Assembly (NCBI GenBank): GCA_030390025.1
Contig: CM059431.1
Span: forward strand, 133,054,001 to 133,118,000
Length of the DNA stretch: 64,000 nt
Direction of reading: 5' to 3'
Source: Squalus acanthias
Taxonomy: Eukaryota
Positions 12,740-24,939 of this stretch are shown here, in pieces. The position numbers and the translations under genes were made by a program. Every line of letters starts with the position of its first letter. The stretch's first letter is position 1. Under the pieces are notes generated by a model. It did not search any database. It worked only from the letters and a program-made list of their open reading frames with translations, and was not told where the DNA came from.

Positions 12740-12845
12740 GATTCTCTCACTGCTATCCTACCTGAGGAAGGAGCGACCGCTCCGAAAGCTTGTAAAATTA
12801 AATAAATCTGTTGGACTATAACCTGGTGTTGTGCGACTTCTCACT
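12740..12845 (+). mobile_element. Penelope-like terminal repeat, second family
   Basis: CTGAGGAAGGAGCGACCGCTCCGAAAGCTT followed by CTGTTGGACTATAACCTGGTGTTGTGCGAC, which recurs at 61641-61786. Confidence 0.7.
12759..12794 (+). ncRNA. Minimal type-I hammerhead ribozyme motif (putative)
   Basis: UAC-CUGAGGA-A-GGAGC(GACC)GCUCC-GAAA-GC-UU-GUA: core boxes, 5-bp helix II, palindromic AAGCUU helix III, 3-bp helix I. Confidence 0.6.
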
Positions 12846-13159
12846 ATTATATACAGTATTTTTGAAAGTATTTATTACAATGAAAGGGTTTTTCAAACTA
12901 TGACACTAAGATTTCCCTTGACCCTGGTTAGGGAGATTGGCACTGGATCGAATGCAAAGTGTTACATTCTCAGCTTTGACGTGTCTTCCGTCACAGAGCA
13001 CAGAATTCACTAAAGGGAAACAGCTGAAGAATCCTGGTACCTGTGGTATATTTGTTACCGCAGGACTGGAATAGGACACAGAAACAGAACACTTACCAAT
13101 TATAATCGTATCATTTTAGCACAAAATCAAATTTGAAAATGTAACTGATTACATCTCAT

Positions 13160-13650
13160 TTGTTTAAGGCAGCGACTGCTGCCAACGATTGAAGTCGTTG
13201 CACACGTGCAGTTTGAAAATGGCGAGGGTTTTTTATCCAGAACACTCCCAGCGCTAGAATCGGCCCTATAAATACTGCAGGGGCCTGGTGCGGTGGCGAG
13301 GGCTCGGTGCGGGTCCTGCAGGTGTTGCAGGCGGGTGAGGAGACCGAAGGCAGGGGAAGCAATGGAACCGGCAGGGAGGCTTTGTAAACACCCAGTGTAG
13401 GCCTCAAGCCCTGAAGAAGAACCTACAGGGCGCGCTTTTGCACCGAGCGGGTCAGCAGCATCGCTACTGCTGAACACAGCCACGTCAGGAAAACTCAGCA
13501 AACATCTATTTGTATTAATTTTCTTCTTTCCCTTCACACGGAGCTCGCGCCCCGAACAAATAAATCTCCACAACCCCCCCCGGCGAAATTATTATACATT
13601 TGTACTTAAACCAACACAGCTTCCGGCCGTTGGCAGCAGCTTTCGGTTTG
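13160..13650. promoter_or_regulatory. CpG/GC-rich promoter-like patch
   Basis: Non-repetitive CpG-rich segment in AT-rich surroundings. TATAAATA 13267-13274, CACGTG 13203-13208, donor-like GG|GTGAGG at 13335, ETS-like CTTCCGG 13620-13626. Confidence 0.45.
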
Positions 13651-14585
13651 TTGGCAGCAGTCACTCTTTTTGTTTAATTCGAGAATATTTTTAAGTCCCA
13701 GAATTTAGCTATATGAACAGCATCAGTGCAAATTGTGATAATTTCTCAAATGATTATTTTAATGCTGTGACTTCATCCAAAGCTTTACATAGTCCAGATG
13801 AGCTGCTACCTCGCCTTTATTTTGTGTTTTTTTTTAAAAGAAAGCTAATTAACATAATGCAGAAAGTACAATAATAAAGCCCCACTTTAGGTCCTTGCTA
13901 TCTTTTGTTTCCTATTATTGTACCAAATGATTTAATTGGGTCTCTCTAATTGTGTGCAGACACAGAACAACCCATAACCTATTGTGAGAAGACCTACAAC
14001 CTAATGTAGTATCAAATTCAGTTCCCATCTAAAGTGCTTGGTTCTAAAAAGCCATTACAGTGGCTGCGAATAATGAAAATCTGCTTTGAGCAAAGTGGTG
14101 GTCGTAGGGACATTATGTTCTGCAATAAAAGCCCTGTTCTGGTGGAACAATGGAAGCGTGGTGAGGCAGTGGCTGTATATGGATAGTAGATAAATCAAAA
14201 TGAATAAGAGAGAGCCGCAGAAGGAAAAATAGACTGAAACCCACTAGTTACAAAGTAAATACTTCAAACGTTGAAGCATTTCTGAGCAATTGACACCTCA
14301 TTCATGCCAAAAAACATTAACTTCATGGGCACAGGCACAATGTCGCTGTGGATGGGATTGAAGGATTAGTTGAAGAGATCACAGCATCAGCTTCAAATAT
14401 ATTCGCTGCTAAACAGGAACATGCTGAACAAATGCTTTACTGCTCGTGATAAACATGTTTCGCTTTTAACTTAAAATGACTATACTTTGGAAATAGCATT
14501 AGCTCCTAGATCCCCATATGAAAATGCAGACAAAAAGCCTCTGAAATCCACTGTCTTACCTAAATAACGTGCTTATATAATAGAA

Positions 14586-14679
14586 ACTAAAACAGAAAAT
14601 GCTGGAAACACTCAGCAGGTCAGGCAGCATCTGTGGAGAGAGAAACAGAGTTAACGTTTCAGCTCGATGACCTTTCATG
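14586..14679 (-). mobile_element. Penelope-like terminal repeat fragment
   Basis: AAAACAGAAAATGCTGGAAACACTCAGCAGGTCAGGCAGCATCTGTGGAGAGAGAAACAGAGTTAACGTTTCAG, near-identical to 34082-34155. Confidence 0.8.
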
Positions 14680-16000
14680 CTTCTCTTGCCTTCTGTGAGC
14701 CAATTGCAGAGCAGAATCCACAGAGCCGTGTGAGCAGCTTAACTCTACCCGCCCTGTCAAGGAAATAGTGTGTTGTTTAGAGGGAACGGGAATTTGCTAT
14801 TGCTTTGACATAGGTGAACATAAACAAAGAACTACAAAATTAAACGTATTTAAAGGAAAATAAATATGTGCAATGAATGTTAAAAATTATACATTTTTTC
14901 AAACGGGGGGAGGGGGTTAGACGGGGGCGGGGTTTGATGAGGTGAACCCAGATGTCTCTGAGGTCCTCAGATTTCTCTCCGTCTCATCAGATTTCTAAAC
15001 TCATCTGTATTTGTTGACTGACTGGAGTGATATGTTTGTTGTATTTATTAACAAAAACATTTTCAACAAAGGCAGCGTTGTTTTTATCTTTGGGCAACTA
15101 ATTTCAGAAATTAGGACACGAGTCTCACCAGGAGTGTATCCATATTTGCAGGGGGTCTACCACCCAGAAGAGGTTGAAAACCAGATATAGCGTGACCAAG
15201 CAAACCAAATAAACAGGAAAGTAGGAAACTGGGGAACAAGTTAAGAAAAAAAGGCCCATTAAAACTATCTCACAAAGAATCCACTAAACAAAACAAACCA
15301 CACCATACAGTAGCAAATGAGTTTCTAATGGGAATGCATTCAATACAGCGGAGGAAGATTTCACAACAACAGGAATCAATGTAGCAACGTTATAGAAATA
15401 CATTAAAGTCTCAGCCACAACAATAGCCAAAAAGAAAAAGTTAAAGCCAGCTATCACGAGCTACAAACGTAGGATCTGTTGAACAATAAAAGTGCAGAAG
15501 CTCAGATTAACAGTACAACAAAAGGAAAACTGACAAAGAGAAATGGTGATCAAAGTATCTCCACAACAAAAGAACCAACTACAAAGAAAAACTGCAACAG
15601 TGAAAAGATTAATACCAAGGCCATAAAGAGGAACCACCCAGTTCCCACCCCCACCTCGAAGAGAAACCATCAACAGACAATATCTGCATCTGTCAATCAA
15701 GAGATTAACTCAGAACTCCCAGGAATTTCAGTTATGTAATAGGAAACATATAATTATGTTTACCAAAGCTGGCATTTTAAATTTTACAGCAGCTGAGGGT
15801 AGTCCAAGATAGCAATGCAGAACTAAATAATTACCATTCCACCACAGTGAAGACAATAAACACTTCAAAATGGAGAATCATCAGTACATCTGCATCAAGA
15901 TGAATACATACAATAAATATATAAATATCTGATGTACGGCAAATGTTTGTGATTGATTCGATAGAGAGCTACAATTATAAAATAGTTTCTTTATACTAAT

Positions 16001-16565
16001 GGGCCAGAAATTCGGCTTTCCGGCTTCCTGCGGGTGCAAGCATTGCGCGCGTACTTGCCTACCGCGCCTGCAGTTGTGCTTTGGGCCCACGAGGACTTCG
16101 GGTCCTGGGCCTCCTCCAGCTGCCGGCGCGCAGTGCTTGCGTGTCCCAGGGGCGCAGTTAGTTCGAAGCGTGCCCTGGGATCACGTGGGCCATGGAGAGC
16201 CAATCCTAGCAGGGCATTTTCATTCATAGATTTAACAGGAAGACCTGTCAAATCTATAAATAGAGATCGGCCCCAAAACCACACTTAAACCACACATTGA
16301 AAAAAAAAATCACATTTTTAAATAACTATAAGTTAAATAAATTAACTACTTTAAACAAAAATTTAAATTTTTGAAAAAATTAATTATACTTTTTAATGGT
16401 GCTAAAAATAAACTTACCTTTCTTTAAAGTATCTAAAAAAGATAAACCTGTTGAAAAAATGTTTAAATTGTAATTAATTATCCACTTACCTTGTTAAAAA
16501 CAGGCCTTGCGCCTCCTTTTTAAAAGTGCAGCTTCTCCATACTTACCCTCCCGGAGAAACCTGAA
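16001..16565 (-). mobile_element. Family A MITE, truncated (one TIR)
   Basis: AAT|GGGCCAGAAATTC end, GGGATCACGTGGGCC and two ACTTACCT blocks. No matching second TIR seen. Confidence 0.7.
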
Positions 16566-16976
16566 ATATCTATCTATGTCAGTGTTATACATGTTTATGA
16601 TAAAACTGTAAGGTTCTTTGTTTTGAGCTTTTACCAATTTTCAATTCCTTTTTTTAAATTATTCTGAATCTTGTGTTATGATAAGAATATCAGAGTTTAA
16701 AAAGAATATTGATGGGGGCATGATCCAGATTTTATAATGCTGAGAAAAATATACAAGGGGAGTTTTCCAACTTCAGCAAGGAACTTTGCCATTAGGGGGG
16801 AATTAGTAATTTGGATGTGCACAATGACTGTTAATTTAAATGGTCAGAAAATCGCGTGAAGCTTGTGCTCAAATATCTGATGTGCACTCTCGGCAGGTGA
16901 AGCTGCTCGCTGGGCACACAGTCAGAAATGAGGCCTAGAATGTAGGTGTAAGCAGACTATTTGACTTGGACTTGAA

Positions 16977-19900
16977 CGGTAGCATAGTGGTAATGTCACT
17001 GGGCTAGTAATCCAGAGGCCTGGATTAATGATCCCACCACGGCAGCTGTTAATTAAATAAATCTGGAATAAAAAGCTAGTATCAGTAGTGGTAACCATGA
17101 AACTATCGGATTGTCATAAAAACCCATCTGGTTCACTGATGTCCTTTAGGAAAGGAAATCTGCCGTCCTTACCCGGTCTGGCCTATATATGACTCCAGAC
17201 CCACAGCAATGTGGTTGACTCTTAACTGCCCTCTGAAATGGCCTAGCAAGCCACTCCGCTAACAAACTGCTACGAAACAAAATAATAAGAACCCGGCATC
17301 GACCTCGGCACCGGCAACGGCACACCCAGCCCAGTCGACCCTGCAAAGTCCTCCTCACCAACATCTGGGGACTTGTGCCAAAATTGGGAGAGCTGTCCCA
17401 CAGACTAGTCAAACAATAGCCTGACATAGTCATACTCACAGAATCATACCTTTCAGCCAATATCCCCAACTCCTCCATCATCATCCCTGGGTATGTCCTG
17501 TCCCACCAGCAGCACAGACTCACCAGGGGTGGCGGCATAGTGGTACACAGTTGGGAAGAGTGGCCCTGGGAGTCCTCAACATTGACTCCTGGACCCCATG
17601 AAGTCTCATGACTCCTGGTCAAACATGGGCAAGGAAACCTCCTGCTGATTACCACCACTGCCCTCCCTCAGCTGTTGAATCAGTACTCCTGTATGTTGAA
17701 CACCACTTGGAAGAAGCACTGAGAGTAGCAAGGGCACAGAATGTACTCTGGGTGGGGGACTTCAATGTCCATCACCAAGAGTGGCTCAGTAGCACCACTA
17801 CTGACCGAGCTGGCCAAGTCCTCAAGGACATAGCTGCCAATCTGGGCCTGCGACAGGTGGTGAGAGGACCTCATACTCACCAATCTACCTGTCACAGATG
17901 CATCTGTCCATGACAACATTGGTAGCAGTGACCACTGCACAGTCATTATGCAGACGAAGTCCTGTCTTCACACTGAGGACACCCTCCATCGTGTTGTGTG
18001 GCACTACCACCGTGCTAAATGGGATAGATTCAGAACAGATCTAGCAGCTCAAAACTGGGCATCCATGAGGTGCTGTGGGCCATCAGCAGCAGCAGAATTG
18101 TATTCCACTACAATCTGTAAACTCATGGCCCGGCATATACCTCACTCTACCATTGCCATCAAACTAGGGGATCAACCCTGGTTCAATAAGGAGTGTAGAA
18201 GAGCATGCCAGGAGCAGCACCAGGCGTACCTAAAAATGAGGTGCCAACCTGGGGAAGCTGCATCACAGGACTACATGCATGCTAAAAAGCAGAAGCAGCA
18301 TGCTATAGACAGGGCTAAGCGATCCCACCAACAACAGATCAGATCAAAGCCCTGCTGTCCTGCCACATCCAGTCGTGAATGGTGGTGGACCATTAAACAA
18401 CTAATGGGAGGAGGAGGTTCCATGAATATCCCCATCCTCAATGATGGTGAAGCCCAGCACGTGATTGCAAAAGACAAGGCTGAAACGTTTGCAACCATCT
18501 TCAGCCAGAAGTGCCGAGTGGATGATCCATATCGGCCTACTCCTGAGGTCCCCACCATCACTGAAGCCAGTTTTCAGCTAATTCGATTCACTCCACGTGA
18601 TATCAAGAAACGGCTGGGCACACTGGATACAGCAAAGGCTATGGGCCCCGACAATATCCTGGTTATTGTGCTGAAGACTTGTGCTCAGAACTAGCCGCGC
18701 CTCTAGCCAAGCTGTTCCAGTACAGCTACAACACAGGCATCTATCCGACAATGTGGAAAACTGCCCAGGTATCTCCTGTCCACAAAAAGCAGGACAAATC
18801 AATCCGGCCAATTACCGCCCCATCAGTCTACTATCAATTATCAGCAAAGTGATGGAAGGTGTCATTGACAGTGCTATCAAGCGGCACTTACTCACCAATA
18901 ACCTGCTCACTGATGCCCAGTTTGGGTTCCGCCAAGACCACTTGGCTCCCGACCTCATTGCAGCCTTGGTCTAAACATGGACAACGGAACTGAATTCAAG
19001 AGGTGAGGTGAGAGTGACTGTCCTTGACATCAAGGCAGCATTTGGCCGAGTGTGGCATCAAGGAGCCCTAGTAAAACTGAAGTCAATGGGAATCGGGGGG
19101 GAAATTCTCCACTGGCTGGAGTCATACCTAGCACAAAGGAAGATGGTTGTGGTGGTTGAAGGTCAATCATCACAGCCCCAGGACATCGCTGCAGGAGTTC
19201 CTCAGGGCAGTGTCCTAGGCCCAACCATCTTCAGCTGCTTCATCAATGACCTTCCCTCCAACATAAGGTCAGAAATGGAGATGTTTGCTGATGACTGCAC
19301 AGTGTTCAGTGCCATTCACAACTCCTCAGATAATGAAGCAGTCCATGCCCGGATGCAACAAGACCTGGATGACGTTCAGGCTTGGGCTGATAGGTGGCAG
19401 GTAACATTCGCGCCACAGAAGTGCCAGGCAATGACTATCTCCAACAAGTGAGAGTCTAACCACCGCCCCTTGACATTCAACGGCATTACCATCGCCGAAT
19501 CCCCCCATCAACATCCTAGGGGATCACCATTGACCAGAAACTTAACTGGACCAGCCACATAAATACTGTGGCAACAAGAGCAGGTCAGCGACTCACCTCC
19601 TGACTCCCCAAAGCCTTTCCACCATCTACAAGGCACAAGGAAGGAGTGTGATGGAATACTCTCCACTTGCCTGGATGAGTGCAACTCCAACAACACAAGA
19701 AGCTCGACACCATCCAGGACAAAGCAGCCGGCTTGATTGGCACCCCATCCACCACCTTAAACATTCACTCCCTCCACCACCGGCGTACCGTGGCTGCAGT
19801 GTGTACCATCTACAAGATGCACTGCAGCAACTCGTCAAGGCTTCTTCGGCAGCACCTCCCAAACCCGCGACCTCTACCACCTAGAAGGACAAGGGCAGCA

Positions 19901-20158
19901 GGTGCATGGGAACACCACCACCTCCAAGTTCCCCTCCAAGTCACACACCATCCTGACTTGGAAATATATCACTGTTCCTTCATCGTCACTGGGTCATCCT
20001 GGAACTCACTACCTAACAGCACTGTGGGAGTACATTCACCACACGGACTGCAGTGGTTCAAGAAAGCGGCTCACCACCACCTTCTCGAGAGCAATTAGGG
20101 ATGGGCAATAAATGCCGGCCTTGCCAGCGACGCCCACATCACATAAAACAAATAAAAA
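16977..20158 (+). mobile_element. CR1/L2-group LINE (APE endonuclease + RT) with SINE-like 5' head and no ORF1
   Basis: Head TAGCATAGTGG (A box) plus TGGTTCACTGATGTCCTTTAGGAAAGGAAATCTGCC block, then broken EN-RT frames, then tail GGGATGGGCAATAAATGCCGGCCTTGCCAGCGACGCCCACATC. Collinear with 51993-54520. Confidence 0.9.
17345..20098 (+). pseudogene. LINE ORF2 remnant (endonuclease-reverse transcriptase) with frameshifts and stops
   Basis: KVLLTNIWGL..DIVILTES and WVGDFNVHH (APE EN). [42 protein letters not shown] (RT). Spread over several frames. Confidence 0.9.
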
Positions 20159-21385
20159 GCACTATAGACACAAAGGTAGTCGAGACAAGTAAGAGTGGAA
20201 TTGCACCTTTGGTAATTTTAGTGTAAATGTAGATATGAGTAAAAAGCAATTTTACTCGCATCTACCTTTTTGCTAAAATTAGTGAAAGCAGGAATTTCAC
20301 TTTGTGGAAAACTAATTTTCACTTTCGGTGGGGGCAGAAATCAGCCAGTAATGGATTGGCCGCCCATTATACACACCGCCCGATTTTGCTTTCCATTGAG
20401 CCAATATAACAAGCAGCCGATCCGCCAACTCCAGTTATCCACCACATCAAAAATGAAAGTTACCTCTTGTTTTTTTCACAGTTATCGATTGATTGGAACA
20501 GTTTTGATAAGAAGAGTGAGCAGTTATACAAATAGGCCTAGATTATATGGATAGCTGGATATGTAATCAAATATTCAATAGGACATTATGGTTGCTGTGT
20601 TGTGGGGTTGGGGAGGGTAGGAGCAGCATGCCATGGTGGCTAATGGAGATATAGGGATGGATAGATATTCTGGAGTTTTGCTTGATTACCATTGGGGAAC
20701 GGAGAGTGTTTATGTAGAACTTTCCCATAGGAGATTCAACAGGTGGGATACAGTTGGGCCTATTGAGCCTAAAGTTTTTTTTCATTATCTGCTTTCTTAT
20801 GTTCTTACTAGGGACATTTTTATTTGTTGAAAAAATAACAAAAACATTGGCCGGAATTTTCTGAGGTTCATGCGGGCGCGATTGGAGGCAGGTTGGGTGG
20901 GAAATTTGAAAAATCTTGCAGCGGGTCGGGAACCCGCCGTCATCCCGCCCCCTCAGGTGCGTTTCCCTCAGGTGCGTTTGCCAGCGCGGCAGCGACCCAA
21001 ACGGCAGAGGCGGCCAAGGTAATTGAGATCATTATTAGGTCCTTGTCAGACCCTTAAGCGCCTTTTTCACCCTACCTTTCAAATTTCACTGGATAAGCAC
21101 GGGAATCACGCAGCTCAGGAACCATGTCTGTGAACCTGAGGCGGAAGTTGAGTGGCCATTGACCCACCTCAGTAATCCACAGCATGAAAAGTGCAATAAA
21201 AGCTCCAACCTCACAGCTGGTCACTTTCATAAGGCAGATGCTGTTGCGGAGTGCTTTAGCTTTCGAGAGGTTGCAAGTGTTTCCAGCAACGTCAGCATCC
21301 AGTGTCACCTCATTAATAGAACCTATCACACCATTGACAGATTGCTTCTAACATCTCTACTTGACCTGCCATCTATTCCATCAGC

Positions 21386-22520
21386 ATGGGTGCCATTTAT
21401 ACTGTCTCACCTTGGTCCTCAGAATCGTGATGAGCCCCAACACCAGCAGCACCAACAACAACACCAGCAGCAACAACAACACCACCAACCTTCTCCTCAA
21501 GCACCTGATGCTGCACAGGACAGATGGCATCAGCGCAGGACTGTACCACGCCGGAGGCGATACGCCCAACACAGGGTATACAGGCAGAGGATGAGCTTCC
21601 TCAACATGACTGAGCAGCAGTGCCACAGGAGGCTCAGTCTATCACGCCAGGTCATCGCAGACACTTGCACATTGCTGGAGCAAGACCTGCAACCCAGAGG
21701 AGCGGGTGGACATGCCTTACCAGTGGCTGTCAAAGTCACCAGCGCCCTCAACTTCTTTGCCTCAGGCTCCTTCCAGGGATCTGCAGCAGACATTTGCGGC
21801 ATCTCGCAGTCGGCTGCCCACAGATGCATCACCCAGGTCACTGATGCTCTCTTTGACAAGTCGGCCAATTATATCAACTTTGCCACTGATGAAGCCAGTG
21901 TTACTGAGCGGATGCTCAGCTTTGCCGCTCTGGCTGGCTTCCCACGGGTGCAGGGCATCATCAACTGCACACATGTGGCCATCAGGGCACCCCCATCATC
22001 ACCCAGGAGTCTTTGTGAACCGTAAGGGCTTCCACTCCCTCAAAGTGCAGCTAGTCTGCAACCATCGGAAGATCATCATGCATGTGTGCACAAAATTCCC
22101 TGGCAGCTGCCATGACTCTTTCGTCCTGCGCCAGTCCAGCCTCCCTCAGCTCTTCGCTCCTCCAAACAGACTTTCCGGCTGGCTGCTTGGAGACAAGAGC
22201 TATCCCACTGAAGACGTGACTCATCACACTCTTGAGGAGACCCAAGTACTGAGGCCCAGGAGAGATATAATGAAAGCCACATTTCCACCAGATGTGTCAT
22301 AGAGCAGACAATAAGTATGCTGAAAATGCGCTTCAGATACCTTGACAGATCTGGAGGAGCCCTTCAGTATGCACCAGCCAGGGTCTCCAGAATCATCATG
22401 GTCTGCTGCGCCCTGCACAACATAGCGCAGCAGCGAGGATTAGCGCTGCATCCGAGCACATTGCTGCCCAGGAGGCCAGGGATGTCCTCATCATGGTCAG
22501 ATTTACTTAACTTTACGCAT
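21386..22520 (+). pseudogene. Harbinger (HARBI1-like) DDE transposase, frameshifted
   Basis: [26 protein letters not shown] (first catalytic D appears as N), [52 protein letters not shown] across three frames. Confidence 0.9.
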
Positions 22521-22782
22521 TACACCCATATGGCTGCCACAAGCTGCGCCAGGTTGGCACCACCCCACAGCAACACCATAAAGTATCTCTGCAATGACTA
22601 AGCCATTCTTTTCACCATTGCTGGAGATAACGTTATGTCTCATCATTCACTCCAACTCACTAAGTCACTTCCAAAGGTGCACATAAATTTGTCCATGGTG
22701 AAGTGGTGAAAATAAAGATATTTATCTGTGACATCACAGTAACTGAAACTTTACACAAACATTTAATAAAACACCCAAGTGG

Positions 22783-24655
22783 CTACCCTTGTGAATCTAC
22801 TTGTGTTTGCATCTTTCTCTTACACGTGCTTCTACGAGGTGCTACCCCTGTGGTTTCAGCAGAAGTAGAGGCAGCCTGCTCACTTCCCTGCTGCGACTGC
22901 ATAGACCCTTTTGGCAGATGTCCTCTGGGTTTTGGAGCCTGTGATGGCCCTGCCAAAGTCTGCTCCTCCTGCGACTGTGCAGGGGCAGCCTTGGCCATCG
23001 CGATCCGAGAAGGCATCTGGGGCTCTGACTGAGTGGGGGGCAACGGGGGAGAAGTGTGAGTGCTTTGAGAGGAGCCCCCACTTGCATGTCTCCTCTCACC
23101 GTAATCCCTCTCATGGGCCACCCGCACTTCCCTGCTAACAAGGGGCTGGAGAGCGCCTTGCTGTACAGCAGGGACTCACTTCTACGTTGACATCCCTCCT
23201 AGAGAGGACGTTTATGAGCCTGTGCCATCTATTCTTCATAGATACCACGTGCTCCTGTGAGTGGCACATTAGCTGCTCCATGCAGGTGGCCATCCTTTCC
23301 ATGGAAGAGCCTACAGTTGCCATCGTCTGCGACATGGTGGTGCTCATGTTGGAGATGGACTCCTCCATTCTCTGCACATTTGCAGATATCGCGCTCGCAA
23401 AACCTGTCAAACCTCCTGCATTTCTTCCTGCACGTCCAGGATCACCCTCTTTCTGGATGGCCACCGAGGCTCAGCGTCTGCATGCAGCTGAGCAGAGCTG
23501 GGAGCGTCCTGCACCCTCCGGCAAGGAGTCTCCACTGCTGTCCCTGTCTCCACCATCTGCTCTTGCTCACTTGTGACTTGTGACAAACCAGGTGACAACA
23601 CTACTCTATCTTGCATGGGACCCACCGAGGTGTGCGTATCTGCGCTGGTGCTGGGTGCGCTTATGTCTGGTGATGATGCGCCTCAGAGGCTGGAGGCTGC
23701 TCTGAGGAGTCGTCTTCCTCTTCCTCCTGGACCGTGGGTGGGGGGGGGGGACGCTCTTGATGGACCTGTGGGAGAGTAAAGCGATGAGTCAGATATGTCA
23801 TATGAAGAATGTGTACAGATAGCATTATGCACATGATGAACATTTACTGGCTGCTGACATCAGTCCCCACATGAGTGACTGCTGTATGCCATGTGGCTGT
23901 ATGATATGTAATTCTGTCACCGGGTTGCTGAGATGTCTCCCTCTCTCCGTCTCCCACCTCCAGCTGCTCGGTGACTCCAGAGACTTCCAAGGCAGCCTCC
24001 TCTGCTGATGTTATGGTGGCCAATGATGGAGGGCCTCCTCCGGTTCTCTCCCTCTCCCTCTTATTGTGGACTCTCTTTTCCTGCAAGGAGGGAAAGAAGA
24101 GAAGGTTGAGTGAGAGTGATGGAACGAGTGTAAGGAATGGATGGGTTACATCTTTAGAGGGTGACTATGATGGAGTGGGGTGGCATTGCCAAGTGGCTTG
24201 TGTGTTGTGAGTTGGTATGATTGCATTAGGATGAGGGTAAGTGTGAGGGGTGGCTAGTAAGATGGGGATGTGATAATGTAGATAGAGAGGGATGGGTGGA
24301 CGTGCAAGGTAAGTTGGTGTGAGTAAGGATGTGCAGGAGTAGGGTTGGGAAGGCAGAGTGATGGGGATATGATGAGAGGCACAGCAGGATGAAGTTGAGT
24401 ATGGCTTTACACTCACCTTTCCTGATTTAATGAGATCATTGAAATGTTTGTGGCACTGCACCCAGGTCCTCCTGACCACATCCCTGCTGTTCACCTCCTT
24501 GGCTATTTGGAACCAGGCTCTTTTGTCTCCTGGAGTGGTCTCTTCCGCCCATCAGCAGGGAAGAGGACCTCGCTGCATGCTCTGACTCCCTCCACAAAAA
24601 TATGGAGGGAGTCATTGGAGAAACTGGGTGCAGCCCTCTGTCTTAGTGCAGTCAT
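22783..24655 (-). pseudogene. Harbinger Myb/SANT-like DNA-binding protein, three exons, frameshifted
   Basis: RAAPSFSNDSL..VLFP and RTWVQCHKHFNDL, GT donor at 24416. Exon 2 24080-23921 (NKRERERTGGGPP). Exon 3 from 23765 after a CCCACAG acceptor, with a coiled-coil-like segment. Confidence 0.8.
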
Positions 24656-24939
24656 GTCTGGCGCTCTTTGCAGCAGTCCAATTGTGCAGTGTGCTGCCTG
24701 CACACTCCTAGATGAACCTTCAAATGCAATGTGGCCATGACTCCTTTAAATATCCTGGCTGAAAACGCATCATCGCTGACATCAGACCCGCACCATTTAA
24801 TTGGGTGGGGTAACGCGCAGGGCAGCCTTAATAGGATAGTCGATCTCAGGAGCGGCATAGGTTGAAGAACGGGGTCGCGACCCACCACGGTGACCGCTCG
24901 CACTCAACCTGCCCAGGTGCAGAAAATTCCAGCCATTGT

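Larger units (their letters stand above)
20849..24934 (+). mobile_element. Full-length PIF/Harbinger DNA transposon (decayed), two convergent genes
   Basis: 15-bp TIRs GGCCGGAATTTTCTG / CAGAAAATTCCAGCC (1 mismatch) and TSD ATT (20846-20848, 24935-24937). DDE transposase on +, Myb/SANT-like gene on -. Confidence 0.93.

Noticed and set aside
20951..20980. Short perfect tandem duplications (also ~26864-26893 and ~39413-39436)
   Set aside because: Ordinary 12-15 bp slippage duplications inside repeats.
21159..24655. Domesticated HARBI1 / NAIF1 / MSANTD host genes
   Set aside because: Enclosed by TIRs and a TSD, frameshifted and multi-copy within the window, so these are transposon copies. No gene symbol assigned.
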